NCBI RefSeq assembly: GCF_036365525.1 | Contig: NC_090390.1 | Coordinates: 55,906,153 to 55,970,152, forward strand | Origin: Heterodontus francisci | Taxonomy: Eukaryota | Length of the DNA stretch: 64,000 nucleotides | Reading direction: 5' to 3' | In this document: in pieces, positions 12,800 to 24,166 of the stretch | Position numbering within the stretch: the first letter of the stretch is position 1 | Layout of the letters: each line of letters opens with the position of its first letter | Notes under the pieces: model-generated | What the model was told of the DNA's origin: nothing | Database searches by the model: none | Seen by the model: only the letters and a program-made list of their open reading frames with translations | Program-made: the position numbers and the translations under genes

Positions 12800-13146
12800 G
12801 GCGCAGTGGTTAGCACCGCAGCCTCACAGCTCCAGCGACCCGGGTTCAATTCTGGGTACTGCCTGTGTGGAGTTTGCAAGTTCTCCCTGTGTCTGCGTGG
12901 GTTTCCTCCGGGTGCTCCGGTTTCCTCCCACATGCCAAAGACTTGCAGGTTGATAGGTAAATTGGCCATTAGCAATTGCTCCTAGTATAGGTAGGTGGTA
13001 GGGAAAATATAGGGACAGGTGGGGATGTGGTAGGAATATGGGATTAGTGTAGGATTAGTATAAATGGGTGGTTGATGGTCAGCACAGACTCGGTGGGCCG
13101 AAGGGCCTGTTTCAGTGCTGTATCTCTAAACTAAACTAAACTAAAC
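12800..13146 (+). mobile_element. HE1-like V-SINE inserted in the Gypsy
   Basis: tRNA-like head (GGCGCAGTGGTTAGCAC...GGGTTCAATTC), V-domain (GTCTGCGTGGGTTTCCTCCGGGTGCTCCGGTTTCCTCCCAC) and CR1-type tail GGGCCGAAGGGCCTGT...(CTAAA)n. Near-identical to 40540-40890. Confidence 0.9.
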
Positions 13147-13906
13147 TTTTGCTTTCTGCTCTATATTTAACTTTGTTCAGCTCTGTGTGTGCCTTCAGCA
13201 CTGTGGTTTCGATTTATGGCTTAAAACCTGTTTTAAAACTTGTTCTATTAACACTGCAATGTTCCTCCTTTAAAAAATTCTTTTTTTCAGGCTAACTGCT
13301 TTGACGGAGTGCAACAGGTGCTTGACAGTGTTCACTTATTTTTTCTCTTTCAGCACTTCACTTGTATGTGTACACAGTTGTTCGATAGGCAGTTCAAGGG
13401 TTTTCCCCTTTGTTTTTTTTTTGCTAGAGTTTATTTATCTTCTTCACGCTTGACTGGTTTGATGATTTCTTCAGCTTGACTGCTTTAATGGAGACTCTGC
13501 TGTGTTCAGGGTTTCCCATGCTTTTTCTCACTATCGTACTTTTTTTTTTAGTTTGCGTGCTTTTTAGGGTACCCTTTTTTTTCTCTCATTCGCACAGAGC
13601 CTTTAGAAAACGATCTTTTTTTTAAACTCTACAAAGACATTTTTTTTAACCGCGATTTCTCGTTCATCAGCACAATGACTCACCTGATCGCTTGATTTTC
13701 TGCCATGCTACCGTTCTATGGAGCTTTTCTCAGCCTTCTAAGGTATGTAGCTTTCTTTCGCTGTTTTCAGGTACTTGTTTTAAAGCTTCTTCACTTGTTC
13801 CTTCAAATTTTCTCTTCTGTTTTTTGTACTGCTTTTAAAATTTTGTTTGCTGTTTTACCGGTGGTCTTCAAACTTACATCTTGTCTTTTCACCACCACTG
13901 CCACCA

Positions 13907-14159
13907 TATCATGTGTTTCTTTGTGTTATCTTAAGCAATGCAATGAGGTACATGAATTTCAGTTCCTTGAAGTTCTCTAGAAGATTTATTAGCAGCTAAA
14001 CTAGTATACAATACAGAGAAAACTATATACAGAAACTTTGTCCACAGTGTTCCAGTGCAGAGTGACTATGGCTTTTAGTCACATGACTACATCCTGGTAC
14101 TTAGCTCATTAGCATACTGAGGCTTAAAGGGACATCACTCTTAAAGCAATCATGCAACA
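13907..14159 (-). repeat. Gypsy 5' LTR
   Basis: Direct repeat of 9464-9709, adjacent to the PBS. Confidence 0.9.
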
Positions 14160-14455
14160 AAGGTGAGGTGAAACTGGGGATGTGAGGTATGATTCATGAT
14201 TGATGGAGTGTGTTGGTAGGTGAGTGATGGCGGCGTGGTACATTGAACAGTGTGTGAGGTTAATGGTGCAGTTGGTTGGATGTGGCATTTGAAGATGCCT
14301 TCACTAACTTTTACCATTCATGTGAGGTCATTGAACTTCTTTTGCCACTGCAGCCAGGTCCTCGGGGCTACACTCCTGGCATTGACCTGCAAAGCTATCT
14401 GCTCCCACTGCCTTCTCAGTGTTTGTCTGCCCCCTGTGAATAAATGACATCTCTC

Positions 14456-14880
14456 ATAGAAGCATAGAATCACAGAAGATTTACAGCACAGAAGAAGACC
14501 AGTCAGTTCATCACGTCTGTGCCAGCTGAAAAAGAGCAATACAACCTAATCCCACTATCCAGCTCTTCAATAATCCAATAGGTTAAAGTACTACAAGTGC
14601 ACATTTAAGTATTTTTTAAATATGATGAGGGTTTCTTCCTCTACCACTTTTTCAGGCAGTGAGTGTCAGACTTACACCACGCCTAGTGTGAAAAAAACTT
14701 CTTTTCAACTCCCCTCTAATCCTTCTGTCAATTATTTTAAAGCTATGCCCCTGGTACATTGATCTCTCTGCTAAGGAAAAAAGATCCATCCTATCCACTA
14801 GGCCCCTCATAATTTTGTACACCTCAATTAAGACTGCCCTCAGCCTCCTCTGTTCCAAAGAAAAGAAACCAGCTTTATAA
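14456..14880 (-). mobile_element. CR1 LINE 3' fragment
   Basis: FSLEQRRLRAVLIEVYKIMRG motif. The tail (ATAGAA-like on +) is at 14456. Confidence 0.85.
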
Positions 14881-14949
14881 ACCAACTGTAAATCTATATT
14901 GATCTATGTTTGAAAAAAATAAATTAATGATTTTTCTCTTGATTTTTAG

Positions 14950-15061
14950 GAGTTCCCCTCATGACTTATTAGACTCCGAGTTTGGCATATCTGACATTCA
15001 CAGTTACAACTTCAGAGTTATAAATATTTCAAAGGACATTGAAGGACTATTTCTTGCCCAG
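14950..15061 (+). other. Candidate spliced exon, unassigned
   Basis: Polypyrimidine tract plus AG (tttttctcttgatttttag) and a CAG|GT end. Only one frame is open: SSPHDLLDSEFGISDIHSYNFRVINISKDIEGLFLAQ. It lies in non-repeat sequence. Confidence 0.3.
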
Positions 15062-17761
15062 GTTTCTTCCTTGTTGAATTCTGCTGAATTCTGACAAATT
15101 TTGCAGAGGCTGTCATTTATTTCAGTACTTATAGGTTGCATTTCCTCCAGTGGCTATGAATAGATTTCCATTTGTATCAACACTTGTTGTAGTGTAAATC
15201 CAGAATCAGAGCCCAACCCGAATTAAGTGAAGTGAAACTCCCTAGAGGATAAGATCTCTTTCTGTTTCACCTTCGAGTCATTCTTGGCATTAACTCTGGA
15301 TTTATTCAGCAAAGCATTTTTATCAGTGCAGACCAAAACTTCTCTGCACCACTCCTACAGTTGTAGTATACGTGGAACCACAAATTTAAACCACATTGAG
15401 ACATTTCTATGGTTCTAATTTTTCTATGGTTCTACCAGTAGTTACCATATAAATACAATATTAATGATCCATATTTAAAATCTTAGGACTGTGACCTATC
15501 ATAGCATACCTCTGATTATCATGGTTGAAATTATAGTAAATCAATGAGAAAATCTTTTGATAACTGCACAAGTAATGATCAGGTGATCACTCTTTGTTTC
15601 CTGGAAATTTGTGGAGGTCACAAACATCCATGGTTGTATTTCAAATCAACAGGTTCTTCTCTTATTTGCATTCATCTAATATTAAACCTTTGTCTTTCTT
15701 ATCCAGAAATTGTTTTAAATGCTCACATATGGTCATCTTAAACATCCATTATACAGCTTTGATGTGGAATGGGGCACGGGTAAAGAAATGATCGCTGACA
15801 GAGTTAATCAAGATAATAATATTAAAAAGCACAAGGTCACAAGACTAAATTGTTGTGGCTCAGGTTATACTGCAGAAACCTAGGCAGCAGTTAACACTGT
15901 CACGGTTTGACAATATGTTAAACTGGAGAGTCAGTTCTATAACGAACACTATTGCATTATTGAAATCAAATGCTTTCTTCAGGCAGCTTTTCATAAAAAG
16001 AAGTTTTAAACGGCAGGGCGGTTTTCACTGACATTCCATGATGCAAACAGGAAGAAGAGGGTAATTCTAAAGGTAACACAATAAGATTCTGTAACAGTCA
16101 CAGGAGTATCGGTTACTATAGGCTGATCTGTAGAGCTGAGGGGCTTAAGATGAGGATTACTGCCTATTTACTCAATGTCATGCAGAGGAGATTCCAATCA
16201 CTGCAGGCCCTATTTAATCCAGGGAAGAGTGTGCATTACTCAGAGAGATCAGTGAAAAAGGCAATGGACACTTTTAAATAGGCTGTCACAGAAAAAAGTA
16301 CAAAGCTTTCCGACAAGGTTTTATTTTATGGATTGCTTGAAAATATCCCAATCGTTGCCCTAAATTAGCTATTAACCTTAATTATTAAAGTATTACATTG
16401 AGATTAAATATCTAACTTTTTTATTGACCAAACCTGTAAGCACATTCGTCCAATCCAATTTAATATAATCCAATTTATTTTAAGTCTACCTATACCTTAA
16501 GACTTTGACATTTATGTCATGACAATGCTAAAAGAAACTTTAAATCCTCAGCCATTGGCTCAATAATTATTCCAACACCAAAACTGTAATCCCATCTCCT
16601 TATGACTTAAACCTATAACTTAAACCTTGACCCTATTTCAGAATCTGAAGCTTTAGCCCTCAATTTAACTTGAACTTAACGCCAAATTAGATCCAAACAG
16701 TGTACTTCATAACCACAGTCCACAAAAAATTAGTTCACCGCAGTGTTGAAAACCCTTTCCGTGGAAAGTAAAACAGTGAAACAACAAGGACAAGGACAAC
16801 AATAAACCATATCAAAACATTATTCCTAGCACCAATCAGGCCAACATTGGCACTGCAGATGACACTTCTAGTGAGATGTCTATTCTTAAAAATTTGCATA
16901 AATTCAATGGCTCAACAAATGGTTGTAAGGAACTGATGGATTTAAGATTTGGAATATTGAAGGAAAAGCTGTACACGTGTTGTACATTTATTTCTTATAA
17001 TATAATTAGCTGTTCTGATGAAGCTGGGAAATAGTAAGTAGAAACGCCAAGGCCGGTGAAGCACAAACATAGAATGTTAGGGCCTTTTGAAATTGTACAG
17101 TACTTGGTGCAAAGGGATCAGGGCCAGACTGGAACCTAGGGAATGGGGAGGGCAGTGGCTAGAAAACAGCAGCAGGTGTTGCACCCTTCCTTGCAATATG
17201 AATATACAGTGAACCCCCAATACTAGTACCATTCATTGTAAAATTAAAGTAGTAATGCTTTGTTCATATAGCCACCAACTCGAGGCTTCTAGTTATAAAA
17301 TAGATTTTCTTTTTAAGAATTATTGCTATAATGTTTGCGATGACAGCAGTATTGGGACCTCAATCTATTTTCAAATTGGTGGAGACTTTGTATTCATCAT
17401 TATCTCTGGCCTTGATTTATTCCCTCAGGAGTGGCAAAGCCAAGAAGCAGTGACATTTGTGACCAAACCGCAATGGTGAAATTTGAAGGTGGGAAGTCAT
17501 AGGCCTAAAAGCCAGCAAGGGGTGAGGCCTGCAGCCAAGGAACAGCACCTGAAGCTGGGGAAGATAGAAGCAGCCAATAACGATAGAACTATCCATTGAA
17601 CAAAAAGGCTACATCAAGAATAAACAACCTAACAGGAGATCCAGTGAATAGTAATCATCCAGTGATTAAAGGTGATTTGATAGATTGCCAGTCTATCAAT
17701 GCCCCAAGGAGAGAATCAACATGCAACATCCAGAGAGACATATAACAAGTGTACTTTAAAA

Positions 17762-19120
17762 GTGTACTTTCATTGATCTCACCAAAGCCTTTGACCTCGT
17801 CAGCAGACATGGTCTCTTCAGACCACTAGCAAAGATCGGATGTCCACCAAAGCTACTAAGTATCATCACATCATTCCATGACAATATGAAAGGCACAATT
17901 CAACACAGCAGCGCCTCATCAGACCCCTTTCCTATCCTGAGTGACGTGAAACAGGGCAGTGTTCTCGCACTTACACTGTTTGGGATCTTCTTCTCCCTGC
18001 TGCTCTCACATGTGTTCAAGTCTTCAGAAGAAGGAATTTTCCTCCACACAAGATCAGATGACAGGTTGTTCAACCTTGCCCGTCTAAGAACGAAGACCAA
18101 AGTACGGAAAGTCCTTATCAGGGAACTCCTCTTTGCTGACGATGCTGCATGAACATCCCACACAGAAGAGTGTCTGCAGAGACTCATCGACAGGATTGCG
18201 GCTGCCTGCAACGAATTTGGCCTAACCATCAGCCTCAAGAAAACAAATATCATGGGACAGGATGTCAGAAATGCTCCATCCATCAATATCGGTGACCACA
18301 CTCTGGAAGTGGTTCAAGAGTTCACCTACCTAGGCTCAACTATCACCAGTAACCTGTCTCTCGATGCAGAAATCAACAAGCACATGGGAAAGGCTTCCAC
18401 TGCTATGTCCAGACTGGCCAACAGAGTGTGGGAAAATGGCGCACTGACACAGAACACAAAAGTCCGAGTGTATCAAGCCTGTGTCCTCAGTACCTTGCTC
18501 TACGGCAACAAGGCCTGGACAACATATGTCAGCCAAGAGCGATGTCTCAATTCATTCCATCTTCGCTGCCTCCGGAGAATACTTGGCATCAGGTGGCAGG
18601 ACCGTATCTCCAACGCAGAAGTCCTCGAGGCGGCCAACATCCCCAGCATATACACCCTACTGAGCCAGCGGCGCTTGAGATGGCTTGACCATGTGAGCCA
18701 CATGGAAGATGGCAGGATCCCCAAGGACACATTTTACAGCGAGCTCGTCACTGGTATCAGACCCACCGGCCGTCCATGTCTCCGTTTTAAAGACGTCTGC
18801 AAACGCCTGTGACATTGATCACAAGTCATGGAAGTCAGTTGCCAGTGATCGCCAGAGCTGGCGGACAGCCATAAAGGCAGGGCTGAAGTGTGGCGAGTCG
18901 AAGAGACTTAGCAGTTGGCAGGAAAAAAGACAGAAGCGCAAAGGGAGAGCCAACTGTGTAACAGCCCCGACAACCAATTTTATCTGCAGCGCCTGTGGAA
19001 GAGTCTGTCACTCTAGAATTGGCCTTTATAGCCACTCCAGGCGCTGCTTCACAAACCACTGACCACCTCCAGGTGCTTACCCATTGTCTCTCGAGACAAG
19101 GAGGCCAAAGAAGAAAGAAA
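17762..19120 (+). mobile_element. RTE-clade LINE, 5'-truncated
   Basis: FIDLTKAFD, VKQG.VLA..LF, ELLFADDAA, FTYLGS, VYQACVLSTLLYG, RRLRW..HV and a C-terminal C2H2-like CSACGRVCHSRIGLYSHSR. TSD ACTTTAAAA (17753-17761, 19121-19129). Confidence 0.92.
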
Positions 19121-19814
19121 ACTTTAAAATTCATTTTGCTGTGATATGTAAATAAAAGGAAATGAGATAACTGTGCATCATAGATACAGTTGACTTAGAT
19201 TATGAATATACATATACAATTAGATCAGTGAAGGTGTGAAAAAAGGAACTCCAAAGAAGTATTTTGTGTGATGAAGGTTAATGGCCTCCTCAATGTTATG
19301 TTTCAGCTGGATGTGGATCTATGTGAAATTCAGTCTCACTCAAAATAGAGAAAAAACGTTCTCTATCTCTAAAGATGTAAGCTTAGTTGAATCTGTATGA
19401 TGGATCCCTGATTTATCCACTAGTAAAATATAGAATGTACAATACTAGGGATGAAATTGTACAGTATCTTGAATTCTACCTTAGGGTAAAGACGTCATCG
19501 AATTGCTGAGTGCAGAAACGTATCAAAAAAGAAGCAACAAAGAATTTCATTTAAATCTCTTGAGCTGCTTCACAGAAGCACAATCAAACAAAAATTCCCA
19601 CTGATCCAAAGAAGGAGATGTTAGGAAGGATGACTAAATGCTGGATCAAAGAGGTAGGTTTTAAGCAGAGTCTTAAAGGAGAAAAGAGAGGTAGAGAGGT
19701 TTAGGGGGCGAATCCCAGAGCTTACGGCCTAGACTGCTGAAGGCATGTCCGTCAATGATGGGACAAAAGAAACGGGAGATGCAGAAGAGGCCACAATTGG
19801 AATAATGCAGAGTT

Positions 19815-22800
19815 AGAACATAGAACATAGAACATAGAACAGTACAGCACGGTACAGGCCCTTTGGCCCACGATGTTGTGCCGAACCTTTAACCTACTCT
19901 AAGACCTAAGTAACTACCTACCCTTCATTCTACTATCATCCATGGACCTATCCAAGAGTCGCTTAAATGCCCCTAATGTATCTGCTTCTACTACCACGGC
20001 TGGCAGCGCATTCCAAGCACCCACCACTCTCTGTGTAAAGAACCTACCTCTGACATCTCCCCGAAACTTGCCTCTAATCACCCTAAGACTATGCCCCCTG
20101 GTGATAGCCCTTTCCACCCTGGGAAAAAGTCTCTGACTATCCACTCTATCTATGCCTCTCATCATCTTGTACCCCTCTATCAAGTCACCTCTCATCCTTC
20201 TTTGCTCCAATGAGAAAAGCCCTAGCTCCCTCAATCTTTCTTCATAGGACATGCCCTCCAGTCCAGGCAGCATCCTGGTAAATCTCCTCTGCACCCTCTC
20301 TAAAGCTTCCACATCCTTCCTACAATGAGGTGACCAGAACTGAACACAATATTCCAAGTGTGGTCGAACCAGGGCCTTATAGAGCTGCAGCATAACCTCG
20401 CGGCTCTTAAACTCAATCCCCCTGTTAATGAAAGCCAACACACCATACGCCTTCTTAACAACCCTATCAACTTGGGTGGCAACTTTGAGTGATCTATGGA
20501 CATGGACCCCAAGATCCCTCTGTTCCTCCACACTACCAAGAATCCTGTCTTTAAGCCTGTATTCCGCATTCAAATTCGACCTTCCAAAATGAATCACTTC
20601 ACACTTTTCCAGGTTGAACTCCATCTGCCACTTCTCAGCCCAGCTCTGCATCCTGTCAATGTCCCGTTGCAACCTACAACAACCTTCCACACTATCCTCA
20701 ACTCCAGCAACCTTCGTGTCGTCGGCAAACTTGCTAACCCAGCCTTCCACTTCCTCATCCAAGTCATTTATAAAAATCACAAAGAGCAGAGGTCCCAGAA
20801 CAGATCCTTGTGGAACACCACTGGTCACCGAGCTCCATGCTGAATACTTTCCATCTACTACCACCCTCTGTCTTCTATGGGCCAGCCAATTCTGTATCCA
20901 GACAGCCAACTTTCCCTGTATCCCATGCCTCCTTACTTTTCTGAATGAGCCTACCATGGGGAACCTTATCAAACGCCTTGCTAAAATCCATATACACCAC
21001 ATCCACTGTTCTTCCTTCATCTATGTGTTTTGTCACATCTTCAAAGAATTCAATAAGGCTTGTGAGGCATGACCTACCCCTCACAAAGCCATGCTGACTG
21101 TCTCTAATCAAACCATGCTTTTCCAAGTAATCATAAATTCTGTCTCTCAGAATCCTCTCCAATAATTTGCCCACTACCGACGTAAGACTGACTGGTCTAT
21201 AATTCCCAGGGTTATCCCTTTTCCATTTCTTGAACAAGGGAACAACATTTGCCACCCTCCAATCATCTGGTACTACTCCAGTGGACAGTGAAGACACAAA
21301 GATCATCGCCAAAGGCACGGCAATCTCTTCCCTCACTTCCCGTAATATCCTTGGGTATATCCCGTCTGGTCCCGGGGACTTATCTGTCCTCATATCATTC
21401 AAAATTTCCAGCACATCCTCCCTCTTAACCTCAACCTGTTCAAGCATATCAGCCTGTTCCACGCTGTCCTCACAAATGACCAGGTTCCTCTCACTAGTGA
21501 ATACTGAAGCAAAGTATTCATTTAGGACCTCCCCTACCTCCTCCGACTCCAGGCACAAGTTCCCTCCACTATCCCTGATCGGCCCTACCTTCACTCTGGC
21601 CATCCTCTTGTTCCTCACATAAGTGTAGAACGCCTTGGGATTTTCCTTAATCCTACCCGCCAAGAATTTTTCATGTCCCCTTCCAGCTCTCCTAAGTCCA
21701 TTCTTCAGTTCCTTCCTGGCTACCTTGTAACCCTCTAGAGCCCTGTCTAATCCTTGCTTCCTCAACCTTAAGTAAGCTTCCTTCTTCCTCTTGACTAGCT
21801 GTTCCACATCTCTTGTCATCCAAGGTTCCTTCACCCTACCATGCCTTCCCTGCCTCATCGGGACAAACCTATCCAGCAGTCGCAGCAAGTGCTCCCTAAA
21901 CAACTTCCACATTTCTGTCGTGCATTTCCCTGAGGACATCTGTTCCCAATTTATGCTCCCCAGTTCCTGCCTAATAGCATTGTAATTCCCCCTCCCCCAA
22001 TTAAATATTTTCCCATCCCGTCTGCTCCTGTCCCTCTCCATGACTATAGTAAAGGTCAGGGAGTTGTGATCACTATCACCGAAATGCTCTCCCACCGAGA
22101 GATCTGCCACCTGGCCTGGTTCGTTGCCAAGCACCAAGTCCAACATAGTCTCCCCTCTAGTCGGCCTATCTACATATTGAGTCAGAAAACCTTCCTGGAC
22201 ACACCTGACAAAAACTGCTCCATCCAAACTATTTGCACTAAGGAGGTTCCAATCAATAGTAGAGAAGTTGAAGTCACCCATGACAACAACCCTGTTACTT
22301 CTGCACCTTTCCAAAATCTGCCTCCCAATCTGTTCCTCCATGTCTCTGCTGCTATTGGGGGGTCTATAGAAAACTCCCAACAAAGTGACTGCTCCTTTCC
22401 TGTTTCTGACTTCCACCCATACTGACTCAGTCGACAAACCCTCCTCGACGACCTCCCTTTCTGCAGCTGTGATACTATCCCTGATTAACAATGCCACTCC
22501 CCCACCTCTTTTACCTCCCTCCCTATTCCTTTTGAAACATCTAAACCCTGGAACATCCAACATCTATTCCTGCCCTTGTGATATCCACGTCTCCGTAATG
22601 GCCACACCATCGTAGCTCCAAGTACTGATTCATGCTCTAAGTTCATCACCCTTATTCCTGACACTTCTTGCCTTAAAATAGACACACTTCAACCCATCAT
22701 ACTGGCTGCAACTTTGCCCTGTCAACTGTCTAACCTTCCTCACAGACTCTCTGCACTCTGTATCTGCCTGTTCAACAGCTACCCCATCCACTGATCCGTG

Positions 22801-22837
22801 GCTCCGGTTCCCATTCCCCTGCCAAACTAGTTTAAAC
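19815..22837 (-). mobile_element. Young CR1 LINE, truncated at the ORF1 stop
   Basis: (TTCTATG)n tail at 19815. The 5' end is at GGTTTAAACTAG, typical of a CR1 ORF1 end. ORF2 is full length. Confidence 0.95.
19914..22690 (-). pseudogene. CR1 ORF2 (APE endonuclease + reverse transcriptase) with few frameshifts
   Basis: ORFs 20875-22563 (GGGVALL, YRPP, MGDFN, SDHN, YMDFSKAFD) and 19914-21020 (PQGSVLGP, FADD) join by one frameshift near 20935. There is another disruption upstream of 22563. Confidence 0.92.
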
Positions 22838-23863
22838 CTCAGAGGATTGCAGGAATGGAGAGGTTACAGCGTCTGGGAAGGTTGTGACCATGAAATGATT
22901 TGAACACAAGGATGAGAATTTTAAATTGGAGGTTTTGGAAACTGGGAGCCAAAGTAAGTCAACGAGCACAGGGGTGATGGGTGAACAAGATTTGGAGTAG
23001 GTTAGGATACAGGCAGCAGAGATTTGTATTAGCTGGAGGTTATTGGAAACCAACCAGAAAAAATATTTTAATAGTTGAGTCTGGTGGTGACAAAAGCATG
23101 GATGAGGATTTTGTCAGCAAATGGCCTGAGGCAGGCAATGCTGTGGAGCTGGAAATAGGCATCTTTGTGATGAAGAAGATATGGAGTCAGAAGTTTCACT
23201 TGGGGTCACATAGGATGGAAAGATTGTTGGCTTCAGCCTGAGATAGTGACTGCAGAGGGAGATGGAAACGCTGTTAAGGGTACAGAAATTGTTGTGAGGG
23301 CCAAAGATGATGGCTTTGTTATTTCCAATATTTAATTCGAGCAAATTGTATCTCAGCCAAGTCTCAATGCCAAACAAACAGACTGGTCACCCAGATCCAG
23401 TAGAAGGGGTTGGGGGAAGGTTGAGAGAGCATAATTGTGTAATCTAACACCATCTCTTTGAATGTTGTTGCTGAGAAGGTGGTAATGTGCCTTCTCTATG
23501 AACCATTGCAGTTCTTCTGGTGATTGTAATCTAACAATGGTACCTGCCAGTTTGACAGTTTCAATAGGTAAATGTAAATAAGTCCCAAATTATGTATTAA
23601 TGCCCGTTATGCCATTTCCAAGTACCCCAACTGGGATAGCACTACTTCATCTATCATATCGCTAGGTGTTGATGGAAGTGCTTTTAAAGAGCGCTGCCTG
23701 AAGACAGTAATAAGAATTTACACTGTTATTAAATGTTTCTTCTTGTCACATAGCTGCTGAAATACCTTTGTGCCAGCTGTTAGGTCACTATCATTTTTAC
23801 CCATGCTCATTAATTGTAGCACCATGTTTCCCAAGAGAATTCCCCTGTATTTGTGTTTTTCAG

Positions 23864-23960
23864 CTGAAGGTGATCAAATGGATTTGCACAGCAGATTGCA
23901 CCAGAAGTCCTCTGAGCCCACACACCAGTACCCTCACACCCATATTTCCAGAGATCAGAG
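23864..23960 (+). other. Candidate spliced exon, unassigned
   Basis: Acceptor tgtatttgtgtttttcag and donor AG|GTACAT. 97 nt, two open frames (LKVIKWICTADCTRSPLSPHTSTLTPIFPEIR or EGDQMDLHSRLHQK...). Confidence 0.3.
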
Positions 23961-24166
23961 GTACATTGCTTGCACATGCTGCAATACACAAGGGTGGCTG
24001 TGACAAAGTAATGTTGCATGCTGAAAAGTGATCTGCAACCAAAGACAGACATAGGAACATAACAGACAGTGGATCTGAAGGTCAATACAGGCCTCAAAGC
24101 CACCGCCTGCAAGTCATTCCAAAATGCAACAGGTAGCATCAATCACATTAGTCAAACTGCTTTACA

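Larger units (their letters stand above)
9464..14159 (-). mobile_element. Gypsy LTR retrotransposon, internally deleted and decayed
   Basis: Two similar LTRs (9464-9709, 13907-14159), 5-bp TSD AAGGT, PBS TGGTGGCAGTGGTGG (tRNA-Leu-like) at 13906-13892 and PPT AAGAAAGGGGA next to the 3' LTR. Gag (KILIAVGNEG, zinc knuckle), RT (ADDIAVMG), RNase H and integrase-zinc (QLHQGHMG) remnants. Confidence 0.93.
3480..14455. mobile_element. PIF/Harbinger transposon H1, broken by nested insertions and truncated on the right by a CR1
   Basis: Transposase remnants on + (3967-5208, resuming at 8091) and a convergent Myb/SANT gene on - (8270-9330 and 14310-14455). The sequence rejoins across insertions bounded by TSDs ATCT and AAGGT. 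The left boundary is approximate. Confidence 0.8.
8270..14455 (-). pseudogene. Harbinger H1 Myb/SANT-like DNA-binding protein gene, spliced, split by a Gypsy element
   Basis: Exon 1 remnant 14455-14310 reads LRRQWEQIALQVNARSVAPRTWLQWQKKFNDLT, then GTTAGT. Exon 2 is ~9327-9166 (DKVVHN...). Exon 3 follows TTTCAG at ~9012. Confidence 0.75.
19530..23470 (-). mobile_element. Old L2 LINE fragment split by a young CR1 (pieces 19530-19814 and 22838-23470)
   Basis: IQISAACILT...SPITPVLVDLLWLPV motif, and an L2 3' region complementary to 48700-48850. The sequence is continuous across the CR1. Confidence 0.75.

Noticed and set aside
12800-12860. tRNA gene (also at 40540)
   Set aside because: A and B boxes are present but run into a V-domain and LINE-type tail. 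These are SINE heads.
14950-15061. Faint resemblance of the peptide to melanoregulin (PHD..E..YN..VI..KD.E)
   Set aside because: Only scattered identities recalled from memory, and the neighbouring candidates do not continue the match.
16780-17010. ~75-codon open frame (NKPYQNIIPSTNQANIG...)
   Set aside because: No good splice acceptor or early start codon and no recognisable motif. It is compatible with chance.
17015-17048. CTGATGAAG...GAAAC hammerhead-like words
   Set aside because: No convincing stem II or stem I pairing and no Penelope context.
19942-22615. Plus-strand ORFs of 60-150 aa
   Set aside because: They are antisense shadows of CR1 ORF2. The same holds for ORFs opposite the other LINE, Gypsy and Harbinger coding remnants.
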